This document shows, piece by piece, positions 17,284 through 26,250 of a DNA stretch of 26,500 nucleotides. The notes below the pieces were generated by a model, which was not told the origin of the DNA, did not search any database, and was given only the letters and a program-made list of their open reading frames with translations. The DNA is from Candidatus Zixiibacteriota bacterium (GTDB taxonomy: Bacteria > Zixibacteria > MSB-5A5 > JAABVY01 > JAHJOQ01). The translations under genes and the position numbers were made by a program. The stretch covers positions 1-26,500 of the forward strand of contig JAJRZO010000053.1 of assembly GCA_024275215.1 (NCBI GenBank), given 5' to 3'. The stretch's first letter is position 1. Every line of letters starts with the position of its first letter.

Positions 17284-19881
17284 ATGTACTCAATATCCAC
17301 TGCTAACCGCAAGCCGTCGCTATCAAAGACGTATTATCTAATATCAGTTTTCCTGCTAATCATTACATTGGTTTTGTGTAATGTTGCGAGTGGGGAAAAT
17401 GATGAAACCTGCCTTGATTGCCACAGCGACAGAACTCTCGAGTCCGAGTCCGGCAAAAATGTCTTTGCAGATACCTCCGTGCTAAGCAATTCTGTCCACG
17501 GCGGACTTGCATGTCTTGATTGTCATAATCAGGATGGCGCTGATTTCGAGGATTTTCCTCACTTCAAAACATATAAGCCTGTCAACTGCGAGGATTGTCA
17601 TGCCAAGCAGGGATTTGTCTATATGGAGTATTTCAACAAAATGCTCCGGAAGAAAGGGACAAAAAACATCCCGGACTGCAAGGAATGTCATGGCACACAT
17701 GATGCCCACAAGCAACCCGGAATGGAATTGGTCTGTGATCGATGTCACAAGGAAATAGCGAAAGATTACAGGCAGAGCTACCATTTCAAGAAATATCCTG
17801 AGGATCCCCGCAAATACCCGATCTGCACTACCTGCCACGACGCTCACTTCAAGTCGAAGCGAGAGGTCATGTCGGAAATAGAATACAAACAGGAAATCGT
17901 GGATATTTGCTCAAAATGTCACATGCGGGACATTGAAACTTATGTTCACTCTCGTCATTTCCATGAATTGGAAGCAGGAAACACGAAAGCGCCCGTATGT
18001 ACGAGTTGCCATGAGAAACACGCAATACGTAAGCCTTCGGATCCGAAATCGAAAGTGCACTCATCCAACATCACTGACGTCTGCAATAGCTGCCATCCCG
18101 GACACAAGGAAAGTCTCCATGTCGATCCCACCATGAACGCATCTGCGATCACATGCGCGTCATGTCACACCGGCCACCAGACTGATATGGCCTCAATCGA
18201 CCAGCAGGTATTCAAAGAAGGAGGGGTTTACAACCAGTGCAATGTTTGCCATAGAAACGAACGACACAGGAAAGAGAACCTTGCTCATGGGAAACTGATG
18301 CTGATTGACCAAAACGGCGACCAGGCCAACTGCACCAAATGCCATGTATACCACTGGAATCTGCCCGGTTTGGACAATGACCTCATAAAACACCGAGGGA
18401 TCAAATGCGTGAACTGTCATGCTGAACAGCAGAGACAGTACCGGGGATCGATTCATGCCAAAGCCAGAGCACAGGGCATTATGGAAGCGCCGAGTTGTGT
18501 TGATTGTCACGGAGAAACATATGTAAAGAAAACTTCTGAACAGTTCACTCCGGAAGGAATAGTAAAGCTCTGTTCATCATGTCACTCAGACAAAGACAGG
18601 ATGCTTAAATTCGGAATAAATACCCATGTTGTCGAGGGATATAAAGAGACATATCACGGTAAACTCTTTGAGACAGGCACTCGCGAAGTCAAATTTGCCG
18701 TTTGCACAAATTGTCATGGTTCCCACACGATTCGCGCTCCGGATGAGCCGGAGTCAAGTGTAAACAGATCTCATATTGTAAAGACATGCCAACAGTGTCA
18801 TCCTAAAGCAAATGACCGGTTTGTATCATACCTCGTACATCCTGTCGCAGCTACCGACGAGGAGCTTGAGCAATCGCAGGAATTTAACGGGACAGGCCGT
18901 GTTGATACTACCGAAACTGGTCAAAACAGCGGTGGCGGGAACTGGCAAAAATTCAATTCGATCATTACGCATCTTATGACAATCCTGCTTGTGGCAGTTC
19001 TCGGCGTTTTTGGAATTCACACTGCGATGTGGTTTCAGCGCGGGATTAGAGGGCGGGTGAAACAAAGACAAAAGTGCTACAGACGAGTCGACGGTTTTCA
19101 CCGATTCCTGCATGTTCTTGTCAATATCAGCTTTCTCACTCTTGCTTTCACAGGTCTGCCACAGTCTTATGCGCATACCGACCTGGCAAAATGGTTGTTT
19201 AATAATGTCATGTCCATACAAACAGCACAGAGACTTCATCTTATCGCCGCATTTATTACATTTACATATTTCATTGCTCATGTTATATATCTTATTGTTC
19301 GAATAAGGAAAAGCGGATTTAAGTCTTTGATGAGTGGTCCAAATACTATGGTATTCCGCAAGAAGGATTTTCACGATGCTGTTGATCACGTGAAGTGGTT
19401 TTTCGGCAAAGGTCCGGAACCCAGGTTTGATCGCTGGACATATTGGGAGAAATTCGACTACTCGGCTGTATTCTGGGGCGTATTTGTGATTGGACTGTCG
19501 GGACTAATACGATGGCAGGATGAATTCTTTGGCGGCCTTCTGGGTGGAGGGATTGTCAGCCTTGCGGACACTATTCACAAGGAAGAAGCGCTTCTGGCTA
19601 CCGCCTTCATATTCATCGTTCACTTTTTCAACACTCACTTGCGTGCAAGTAAATTCCCAATGGATGTATCGATTTACACAGGAAGAATCTCCGAGAAAGA
19701 ATTCAGGGAAGAACGATCAACTGAATATGAACGAGCAGTGAAAAATGGAACTCTTCAATCACTGGAAGTAAAACCACCGGGTGTTTTTCAAACAGTGTTA
19801 GCTTACTTATGGGGGACTATTGCACTTGTAGTAGGATTCTTCCTGCTGGCGCTGATCATAATAGGCCAGTTTACAGCATAA
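17284..19881 (+). CDS. Multiheme cytochrome c (17 CxxCH) fused to a membrane cytochrome b domain, CbcL-like quinol:cytochrome c oxidoreductase
   Basis: N-terminal signal or anchor, 17 CxxCH motifs (CLDCH ... CQQCH), then about 6 TM segments carrying His residues (HRFLH, RLH...AH, IHKEE...VHFFNTH) and RFDRWTYWEKFDYSAVFWG. Confidence 0.85.
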   Translation: MYSISTANRKPSLSKTYYLISVFLLIITLVLCNVASGENDETCLDCHSDRTLESESGKNVFADTSVLSNSVHGGLACLDCHNQDGADFEDFPHFKTYKPVNCEDCHAKQGFVYMEYFNKMLRKKGTKNIPDCKECHGTHDAHKQPGMELVCDRCHKEIAKDYRQSYHFKKYPEDPRKYPICTTCHDAHFKSKREVMSEIEYKQEIVDICSKCHMRDIETYVHSRHFHELEAGNTKAPVCTSCHEKHAIRKPSDPKSKVHSSNITDVCNSCHPGHKESLHVDPTMNASAITCASCHTGHQTDMASIDQQVFKEGGVYNQCNVCHRNERHRKENLAHGKLMLIDQNGDQANCTKCHVYHWNLPGLDNDLIKHRGIKCVNCHAEQQRQYRGSIHAKARAQGIMEAPSCVDCHGETYVKKTSEQFTPEGIVKLCSSCHSDKDRMLKFGINTHVVEGYKETYHGKLFETGTREVKFAVCTNCHGSHTIRAPDEPESSVNRSHIVKTCQQCHPKANDRFVSYLVHPVAATDEELEQSQEFNGTGRVDTTETGQNSGGGNWQKFNSIITHLMTILLVAVLGVFGIHTAMWFQRGIRGRVKQRQKCYRRVDGFHRFLHVLVNISFLTLAFTGLPQSYAHTDLAKWLFNNVMSIQTAQRLHLIAAFITFTYFIAHVIYLIVRIRKSGFKSLMSGPNTMVFRKKDFHDAVDHVKWFFGKGPEPRFDRWTYWEKFDYSAVFWGVFVIGLSGLIRWQDEFFGGLLGGGIVSLADTIHKEEALLATAFIFIVHFFNTHLRASKFPMDVSIYTGRISEKEFREERSTEYERAVKNGTLQSLEVKPPGVFQTVLAYLWGTIALVVGFFLLALIIIGQFTA

Positions 19882-19929
19882 GGATTTCAAAATGATAGTA
19901 ATATCCATGAAAATTGTGAGGACAAAAAA

Positions 19930-20676
19930 TTGAATAAACTCGGAATCCCGGGACAGATAGTACCGCTGGCAATTATTGGTGTTGTGGTCATTGCGGCATT
20001 CATTGCGGCACGAATGCTGTTTGTTCCTGATACTTTTGGAGAATACGGGCACTACCGTGCCAGCGCTGTTGAGGAAATCGCCTCGCAGGAAATAGTCTAT
20101 GCCGGTCACGAGGCTTGCAACGATTGCCACGACGATATCTTTGAAACAAAGCAGGAATCGAAGCACAGAGATGTCTCGTGTGAAGCATGCCATGGTCCGG
20201 CTGCAGACCACATTGAAGCTCCGGATGAATTCACCCCTACAGCTCCGCGCGGGCGAGGATACTGCCCTTTATGTCACGGCTATAACCCGTCTCGACCATC
20301 CGGCTTTCCACAAATCTTACCCAAGACCCACAATCCCGGTAAAGCATGTATGACATGTCATGATCCACACAGCCCTGTACTCCCGCACGCGCCGGAGGAT
20401 TGTTCTGCCTGTCACCGGGACATTGCCAATGTAAAACAGGTATCACACCATGCCACTCTGTCGTGCAGAACATGCCACGACGTTCCTGATGAACACCTCA
20501 TTCAGCCCAAGTTCGTAAGGGCTGAAAAACCGGCCAATAGGGAACGGTGTGGACAATGTCACGACCGTGATTCAGATAGCCCCAGAGAGATACCGAGAAT
20601 CAATATCGAAACACACGGAGAACGAAATCTATGCTGGGAATGTCATTATCCTCACTATCCGGAGGTTGGTAAATGA
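19930..20676 (+). CDS. Membrane-anchored octaheme cytochrome c
   Basis: TTG start after a GAGGA site, one N-terminal TM helix, VPDTFGEYGHYR and 8 CxxCH motifs (CNDCH, CEACH, CPLCH, CMTCH, CSACH, CRTCH, CGQCH, CWECH). Confidence 0.9.
   Translation: MNKLGIPGQIVPLAIIGVVVIAAFIAARMLFVPDTFGEYGHYRASAVEEIASQEIVYAGHEACNDCHDDIFETKQESKHRDVSCEACHGPAADHIEAPDEFTPTAPRGRGYCPLCHGYNPSRPSGFPQILPKTHNPGKACMTCHDPHSPVLPHAPEDCSACHRDIANVKQVSHHATLSCRTCHDVPDEHLIQPKFVRAEKPANRERCGQCHDRDSDSPREIPRINIETHGERNLCWECHYPHYPEVGK
20116..20660 (+). repeat. Internal duplication of a tetraheme unit (period 285 bp, 95 aa)
   Basis: Both units read CxxCH-x11-H-x4-CxxCH-x5-H-x17-CxxCH-x17-H-x5-CxxCH-xPH with identical spacing. They start at 20116 and 20401. 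Confidence 0.9.
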
Positions 20677-21449
20677 TTGATAACAATAATAAGCCTGTGA
20701 ATCGCCGGGGTTTTCTCGGATCATGCTCCAGATTCATCGCTGCGGGACTGGGAGCAATAAGTGTCTTCAAATTCGGTGGTTCCCTGTGGGGACAGGAAAA
20801 CGGTCAGTATAACCCGGCGGAACACAACTACGCTATGGGTATTGATGTCCACAAGTGTATCGGCTGTGGAAGATGCGCCGACGCATGCAAGCGAGAAAAC
20901 GATGTTACGAGAGAACCATACTATTTCAGAACATGGGTAGAAAGATATGTCATACCATCAGAGGGTGAGACAGTTGTCGACAGCCCGAACGGCGGGATTG
21001 ATGGTTTCCCGGAAACAGTCGACAAAAATGATGTTTTGCGGACATTCTTCGTTCCCAAACTGTGTAATCACTGTTCTAATCCACCATGCGTTCAGGTCTG
21101 CCCGGTTGGAGCAACATTCGCCAGCCGTGATGGTGTGGTTCTTGTCGATGAAAAATACTGTGTCGGTTGTCGTTACTGTATTCAGGCATGTCCCTATGGT
21201 GCTCGGTATTTTCATCCTGAAAGCAAGACGGCTGACAAGTGCACGTTTTGCTACCACCGGATTACAAAAGGTCTTCCTCCTGCATGTGTGGAGGTCTGTC
21301 CAACACATGCACGGGTTTTCGGTGAAATCGGTCAGTTGAGTAGTCCGCTCAGGAGATTCGTTCGCTTCAACGACCTGACAGTGTTGAAGCCGTGGTTGAA
21401 TACGAAACCAAAAGTTTATTATGCTGGCGCAGACGGAGAGGTTCGGTAG
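20673..21449 (+). CDS. TAT-exported 4Fe-4S protein, NrfC/DsrO/PsrB/HmcB family
   Basis: Twin-arginine signal NRRGFLG. Cys clusters CIGCGRCADAC, CNHCSNPPCVQVCP, CVGCRYCIQACP and CTFC...CVEVCP fit four [4Fe-4S] clusters. Confidence 0.92.
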   Translation: MIDNNNKPVNRRGFLGSCSRFIAAGLGAISVFKFGGSLWGQENGQYNPAEHNYAMGIDVHKCIGCGRCADACKRENDVTREPYYFRTWVERYVIPSEGETVVDSPNGGIDGFPETVDKNDVLRTFFVPKLCNHCSNPPCVQVCPVGATFASRDGVVLVDEKYCVGCRYCIQACPYGARYFHPESKTADKCTFCYHRITKGLPPACVEVCPTHARVFGEIGQLSSPLRRFVRFNDLTVLKPWLNTKPKVYYAGADGEVR

Positions 21450-21452
21450 TCC

Positions 21453-22673
21453 ATGGAAAACCTGGTAACAACAATGGCAGGCAATTTCGGGGGGATCACT
21501 GGTTATATCTACCCGAATGAATATGAACTACACTGGCAACTTCTTATCGTCATCTATCCTTATTTGACAGGGTTGGTTGCCGGTGCTTTTATCCTCGCTT
21601 CACTGGAAAGATTATTCAGGGTGAATGAGCTGCAGCCAGTGTACAGACTATCGCTGTTGACTGCACTCTCGTTTATGATAGTTGCACCACTGCCGCTGCT
21701 TGCACATCTGGGGCATCCTGAACGATCCTTTGAGATGTTCCTTACTCCACATGTCCAGTCAGCGATGGCAATGTTCGGATTTGTATATGGCTGGTATCTC
21801 ATGGTAGTCCTGCTTCTGGAGATATGGCTGGATTACCGCAGAGATATAGTCTTGTTCGGACGGGAGAAGAAGGGTATAAGCAAGTATTTCTATAAGTTTC
21901 TTTCTCTCGGGTTCTCAGACATCTCGGATAAATCGTTGCTATTCGATGACAAGCTCGGAAGATTCATCACAATAATAGGTATCCCATCCGCTTTCCTGCT
22001 ACACGGCTATGTCGGGTTCATATTCGGTTCAGTTAAGGCAAACCCATGGTGGGGCAGCGTTCTTATGCCTATCGTGTTTCTTTTCTCAGCGATTGTGTCA
22101 GGAATCGCTCTAATGATACTTGTCTATATGGTATCTTCTCTTTTCCGTTGGAAACAGATGAAGATGGCGTGCCTTAACAAGCTGGCAGAATTTCTGATAT
22201 ACGCAATGATTGTTGATTTTTCGCTGGAGTTGCTTGATTTCATCCACAGATTGTATCAATCCGAAGAATCGATTAGTATTCTGTCGGACATGATTTCAAG
22301 CCGGTTGTTCGTCAGTTTGATCGTGACCCAGATTCTTCTCGGCACGATTTTACCGCTTGTTTCGCTGATTTCGGCCAGATTCGGCAAATTCCCTGATGAA
22401 TTGAAACGAATGCTCTACTTCATTGCGGCAATCCTTGTACAGGTCGGAATATTCAGCACTCGCTGGAATGTCGTGATCGGGGGACAACTGTTTTCGAAAA
22501 GCTTGAGAGGTTTGACCTTCTACAAAATTGAGCTTTTTGGATTAGAAGGCTTGCTAATTACGATCGCACTGCTCATATTGCCGCTGGTTATCTTGTATGT
22601 TCTGGTCAAAGTGCTGCCACCATGGTCTGATGTGGTAGCCGATCAGACACAATCGCAAACGCAACCAAATTGA
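21453..22673 (+). CDS. NrfD/PsrC/DsrP family integral membrane quinol-interacting subunit
   Basis: W..LIVIYPYLTGLVAGAF, LLAHLGHPER, SAMA and RWNVVIGGQ motifs, about 10 hydrophobic segments. Lies 3 nt after the Fe-S gene. Confidence 0.9.
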   Translation: MENLVTTMAGNFGGITGYIYPNEYELHWQLLIVIYPYLTGLVAGAFILASLERLFRVNELQPVYRLSLLTALSFMIVAPLPLLAHLGHPERSFEMFLTPHVQSAMAMFGFVYGWYLMVVLLLEIWLDYRRDIVLFGREKKGISKYFYKFLSLGFSDISDKSLLFDDKLGRFITIIGIPSAFLLHGYVGFIFGSVKANPWWGSVLMPIVFLFSAIVSGIALMILVYMVSSLFRWKQMKMACLNKLAEFLIYAMIVDFSLELLDFIHRLYQSEESISILSDMISSRLFVSLIVTQILLGTILPLVSLISARFGKFPDELKRMLYFIAAILVQVGIFSTRWNVVIGGQLFSKSLRGLTFYKIELFGLEGLLITIALLILPLVILYVLVKVLPPWSDVVADQTQSQTQPN

Positions 22674-22712
22674 TAACCGTAGTGTTGTACATGTGAACTC
22701 AAGCTGAGGACT

Positions 22713-24227
22713 ATGATCGTGCAGTTGAAATTTCCCCGTTTGACCCACAATAGAATCAGTTACATAGGAGCAATCGGCGCTATTTTCGTTGGTATATCTA
22801 TCCTGCTGATGTTCATCACCAACAGCATTCTGGAAGATACCAACCCATATTTCGGAATCCTCCTGTATGTGATCATGCCGACAGCTCTTATTTTTTCGTT
22901 GATACTGATTCCCATCGGTATGATTCGCGAGTGGCACAGATGGCGCCACAGTGACAAACCTGTCCCTGTCAAATGGCCGATTATCGATCTTAACCGCGGC
23001 GGACATAGAAACGCGATGATGGTTTTTGTCTTCGGGACAATTGGATTCGTGCTCGTGAGTTCCTTTGGAGTATATCAAGCGTATCATTTCAGCGAATCGG
23101 TAGAATTTTGCGGCACGACATGCCACACAGTGATGAATCCCCAATATACGGCTTACCAGGAATCTCCGCATGCCAAAGTACCCTGCGCATCGTGTCATGT
23201 AGGTTACGGTGCCGGCTGGTACGCCAAGTCAAAGCTGTCGGGAGCATATCAGGTGTACGCAGCTATTGCGAATCGATTTCCTCGTCCCATACCGACTCCG
23301 ATCAAAAATCTCCGACCGGCGCAGGAAACATGCGAACAATGCCACTGGCCGGAAAAAACATACGGCGCCCAGCAGAGACAGTTCAACCACTATATGTATG
23401 ACAAAGAAAACACCCTGTGGAAAATCAATATGCTAATCAAAACCGGCGGTGGTGATCCGCAATCCGAGCACGCATCAGGGATTCATTGGCACATGAATAT
23501 CGGTGTTGAGATCGAGTACATTCCAAGAGATGAGAAACGGCAGGATATTCCATGGGTTAGGGTCACTGATAAGCTTACCAATCGCGTGACAATTTATCAG
23601 GATACTGATAATCCGATGGATCCGGCGAAGATAGAGACTGCCAAAAAGCGTAAGATGGATTGTCTCGACTGCCATAACCGTCCCAGCCACGTATTCAGAA
23701 CCGCCGACTATGCCATTGACAAGATGATTAGCGCCAGGAAGATTGATCGACGGATACCGGAAATAAAACGTATCGCGGTAGAGGCAATGTCGGCTGAATA
23801 TCCGGACAAGAAAACTGCGCTCATGGATATTGCAAATTACATCTCAACGCATTACAGAAACCAAAATGACTCCCTGTACCGCGCGATGCGCACATCGATT
23901 GACAAATCTATCGTGGCTGTTCAGGAGGCATATTCTAAAAACATCTTCCCTGAAATGAAAGTACGATGGACTGAATATCCCAACAATATAGGTCACTTCA
24001 CAAATGTCGGTTGTATGCGCTGTCATGCCGGCAATCACGAAAGTGAAGATGGACTCAAGATCACCCATGACTGTAACGCCTGCCATACTATTCTGGCGGA
24101 AGGCACCGGTGAAGATTACGAGGCCACAACGTCACCTGATGGATTAGAGTTTCGCCACCCTGAAGATATCGATGAGGCGTGGCGCGAAATGGGATGCTAT
24201 GAATGCCATGACGGCACTCAGCCGTAG
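22713..24227 (+). CDS. NapC/NirT-like heptaheme membrane cytochrome c, ImcH-like
   Basis: Three N-terminal TM helices (NPYFGI motif). One CxxxCH (CGTTCH) plus six CxxCH (CASCH, CEQCH, CLDCH, CMRCH, CNACH, CYECH). RPIPTPIKNLRPA, GIHWH and FPEMKV.W..YPNNIGH motifs. 504 aa. Confidence 0.85.
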   Translation: MIVQLKFPRLTHNRISYIGAIGAIFVGISILLMFITNSILEDTNPYFGILLYVIMPTALIFSLILIPIGMIREWHRWRHSDKPVPVKWPIIDLNRGGHRNAMMVFVFGTIGFVLVSSFGVYQAYHFSESVEFCGTTCHTVMNPQYTAYQESPHAKVPCASCHVGYGAGWYAKSKLSGAYQVYAAIANRFPRPIPTPIKNLRPAQETCEQCHWPEKTYGAQQRQFNHYMYDKENTLWKINMLIKTGGGDPQSEHASGIHWHMNIGVEIEYIPRDEKRQDIPWVRVTDKLTNRVTIYQDTDNPMDPAKIETAKKRKMDCLDCHNRPSHVFRTADYAIDKMISARKIDRRIPEIKRIAVEAMSAEYPDKKTALMDIANYISTHYRNQNDSLYRAMRTSIDKSIVAVQEAYSKNIFPEMKVRWTEYPNNIGHFTNVGCMRCHAGNHESEDGLKITHDCNACHTILAEGTGEDYEATTSPDGLEFRHPEDIDEAWREMGCYECHDGTQP

Positions 24228-24277
24228 TATTACTATTGTTTAGAAACTAACTTGAGAAAATAAGAGCGATGTTAATC

Positions 24278-24313
24278 ATCGGCCCCACCATCTGTGGTGA
24301 GGCCGATTTTTTT
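24278..24313 (+). terminator. Rho-independent terminator between the two convergent cytochrome operons
   Basis: ATCGGCCCCACCA-TCTG-TGGTGAGGCCGAT, a 13-bp stem with one mismatch, followed by a T run on the + strand. Confidence 0.8.
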
Positions 24314-24325
24314 ATATGGCAGAAG

Positions 24326-24847
24326 TTAGCCCTTTTTTGCAGGCTTCTTCGAAGCAATCTTGTGAACGCCTTTTGCTTTCATCTTTTCAAAGTCGAATTT
24401 CTCTTTTGCCTGAAATTCTTTAGGCACATTCTCATTGTGACATTTCATACAAGTTTTTTCATCGGGAATGATAAGCCCGTTTTCTATAGCCAGCTTCCTG
24501 TCCTGCATGATTTTCTTCTTCTTATAATCATTTCCCGGACCATGACATGCTTCGCACTGAACCCCTTGCAGAAGTTCGCCTTTTGCTGTTGTTCCGGTTG
24601 AATGACAAGCAACGCATTTTTTGTCCTTCTGATTCTCAGGCTTCAAAACATCCCAAGCCTTGGCATGTTTGGTCTCAAGCCAGGAAGGATGTATGCCATC
24701 CTTTTTGTGGCACATTCTGCACTTCTTGACACCAACATAACTGTGTGTGGTTTTGGTTGAATCAGCCTTCTTTGCTTCTCCAGCAAAGGCAGGCATACCA
24801 CACGCTACGGCTAGGTAGATAATTCCCAGCATCAAACAGGTTTTCAT
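24326..24847 (-). CDS. Periplasmic tetraheme cytochrome c, cytochrome c554-like, very Lys-rich
   Basis: Signal peptide, YVGVKKCRMCH, W..TKHA, CVACH, GVQCEACHGPG and CMKCH. Strong AGGAGG RBS. Confidence 0.88.
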   Translation of the reverse strand: MKTCLMLGIIYLAVACGMPAFAGEAKKADSTKTTHSYVGVKKCRMCHKKDGIHPSWLETKHAKAWDVLKPENQKDKKCVACHSTGTTAKGELLQGVQCEACHGPGNDYKKKKIMQDRKLAIENGLIIPDEKTCMKCHNENVPKEFQAKEKFDFEKMKAKGVHKIASKKPAKKG

Positions 24848-24968
24848 TACAGCTTTCCTCCTTGTTTTTTCAGTTGATTTCCATTGTTTATTATCTACTA
24901 CATATCAATTTCTAAGTTGTACTTATATTGTGATGATTGGTTCGATCAAAGAGAGTAAACTACAATCC

Positions 24969-26231
24969 TCACTGCTTCTGCTGACGCATATCCGCCTGCC
25001 GAGCCTTCATCCACAGCAATCCTGCAAGCAGGCAAAGAAGTACTACCGAAACAACCAATCCTTTTCGCCTGAAAACATAGCTGTCGAGCAAATCATCGGT
25101 GACGCCATCAGTTTTGAGAACAAGTTCGATTCCTTCTCTTGATATCTTGGTTACCTTTTCGAGATTGAAAGTATGAACCGCAGTTCTTGCCGTGTACTCC
25201 TTCTGTCGGGCATCACGCATGCTGAAAAGCATATTGTCGACATAGAGACCTTTACGATCCGCCTCGTCGATCTTGTTATTGACTTGTGTCATCAGCATAT
25301 TAAGACTATCAAGAGCATTCCGCATCGATTCTGCCGTTTCGATTCCACCAGTACCGTCATCGAGATCATGACACTGTTTACAGACCGACTTCTCACCCTG
25401 CAACATTTCAGTCGTGGGGCGTTCAATACGGTGGTTCGAATGGCAGGTTTCGCAGGCAGGCATCTTCAACATCTCGAAATACTCGAAATGAGTCGAGGCC
25501 TCAAAGTCATCCATATTATTCGCGTGGCAAATACCGCAAACATGATCGATTGAACTGACTTCGGGGGGCACAGCACCATGATTGCCATGACAATCATTGC
25601 ATGCCGGAGCACCCATATCACCATTTTCAAGCAATGCAATCCCATGCACTGAGCGCGAAAAATCTGCAAACTGATCAGTAGGAATCTCATAGTCAGCCAT
25701 ATAGTCCTTATCAGAATGACATCCGGCACAGGTATTTGGTACATTTTGAGCATAAATAGTCGATTTCGGATCATCGGCAGCACGAATTCCGTGAGCAGTA
25801 TGACATGATACGCATTGGGCAGTCTTGCGGTCATGGGCGGCATTTCGGATACCATGCACGGATGTCAGGTATTTGGAATACTGATAGGTCGATAATCCGG
25901 GATCGAACTGCTTCATGAAACTCGGATTGCTATGACACTTTGAGCAAAACTCGGGGATTTCAAGTTCATCAGGAGCGCCGATGAAACCTTTTTCCTCGCT
26001 CATCGCCACCTCTTCATCATCAGAAGTCGGGTCACCGCCGTGACATCCGGCGCATCCCAGCCCTTCCCTGTTGTGAACATCATTCTTGAACAGCGTTGTC
26101 GGTGTGTCAGGCTGGCCTTCATCAAGCTCCATGTGGCATTTCTCACAGGTACTGCCCGGCTCACTCGCAAGCAACTGCGCGGGAGCCGACACGCATAGAA
26201 AAAGCGTAAGGGTTGCAACAAACAGCTTCAT
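24969..26231 (-). CDS. Nonaheme cytochrome c with a helical stalk and C-terminal membrane anchor
   Basis: 9 CxxCH motifs (CEKCH, CAGCH, CSKCH, CVSCH, CAGCH, CNDCH, CGICH, CETCH, CKQCH), a heme-free helical stretch and a TM segment GLVVSVVLLCLLAGLLW. Start set at ATG 26231 (MKLFVATLTLFLCVSAPA signal); 26261 and 26267 are alternatives. Confidence 0.88.
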   Translation of the reverse strand: MKLFVATLTLFLCVSAPAQLLASEPGSTCEKCHMELDEGQPDTPTTLFKNDVHNREGLGCAGCHGGDPTSDDEEVAMSEEKGFIGAPDELEIPEFCSKCHSNPSFMKQFDPGLSTYQYSKYLTSVHGIRNAAHDRKTAQCVSCHTAHGIRAADDPKSTIYAQNVPNTCAGCHSDKDYMADYEIPTDQFADFSRSVHGIALLENGDMGAPACNDCHGNHGAVPPEVSSIDHVCGICHANNMDDFEASTHFEYFEMLKMPACETCHSNHRIERPTTEMLQGEKSVCKQCHDLDDGTGGIETAESMRNALDSLNMLMTQVNNKIDEADRKGLYVDNMLFSMRDARQKEYTARTAVHTFNLEKVTKISREGIELVLKTDGVTDDLLDSYVFRRKGLVVSVVLLCLLAGLLWMKARQADMRQQKQ

Positions 26232-26250
26232 CGCTGCACTAATAGTTCCG

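Noticed and set aside
17067-17312. 81-aa - strand ORF spanning the gap between the pseudo-receiver and the 17-heme gene
   Set aside because: It overlaps both flanking genes on the opposite strand and has no recognisable features; more likely regulatory DNA.
22554-23198. 214-aa - strand ORF opposite the NrfD/ImcH-like junction
   Set aside because: Shadow of two well-supported + strand genes, with no recognisable motif.
24800-24847. Possible lipobox (LAVAC) in the c554-like signal peptide, implying a lipoprotein cytochrome
   Set aside because: The hydrophobic stretch continues to a good signal peptidase I site (AFA-G). SignalP would be needed to decide.
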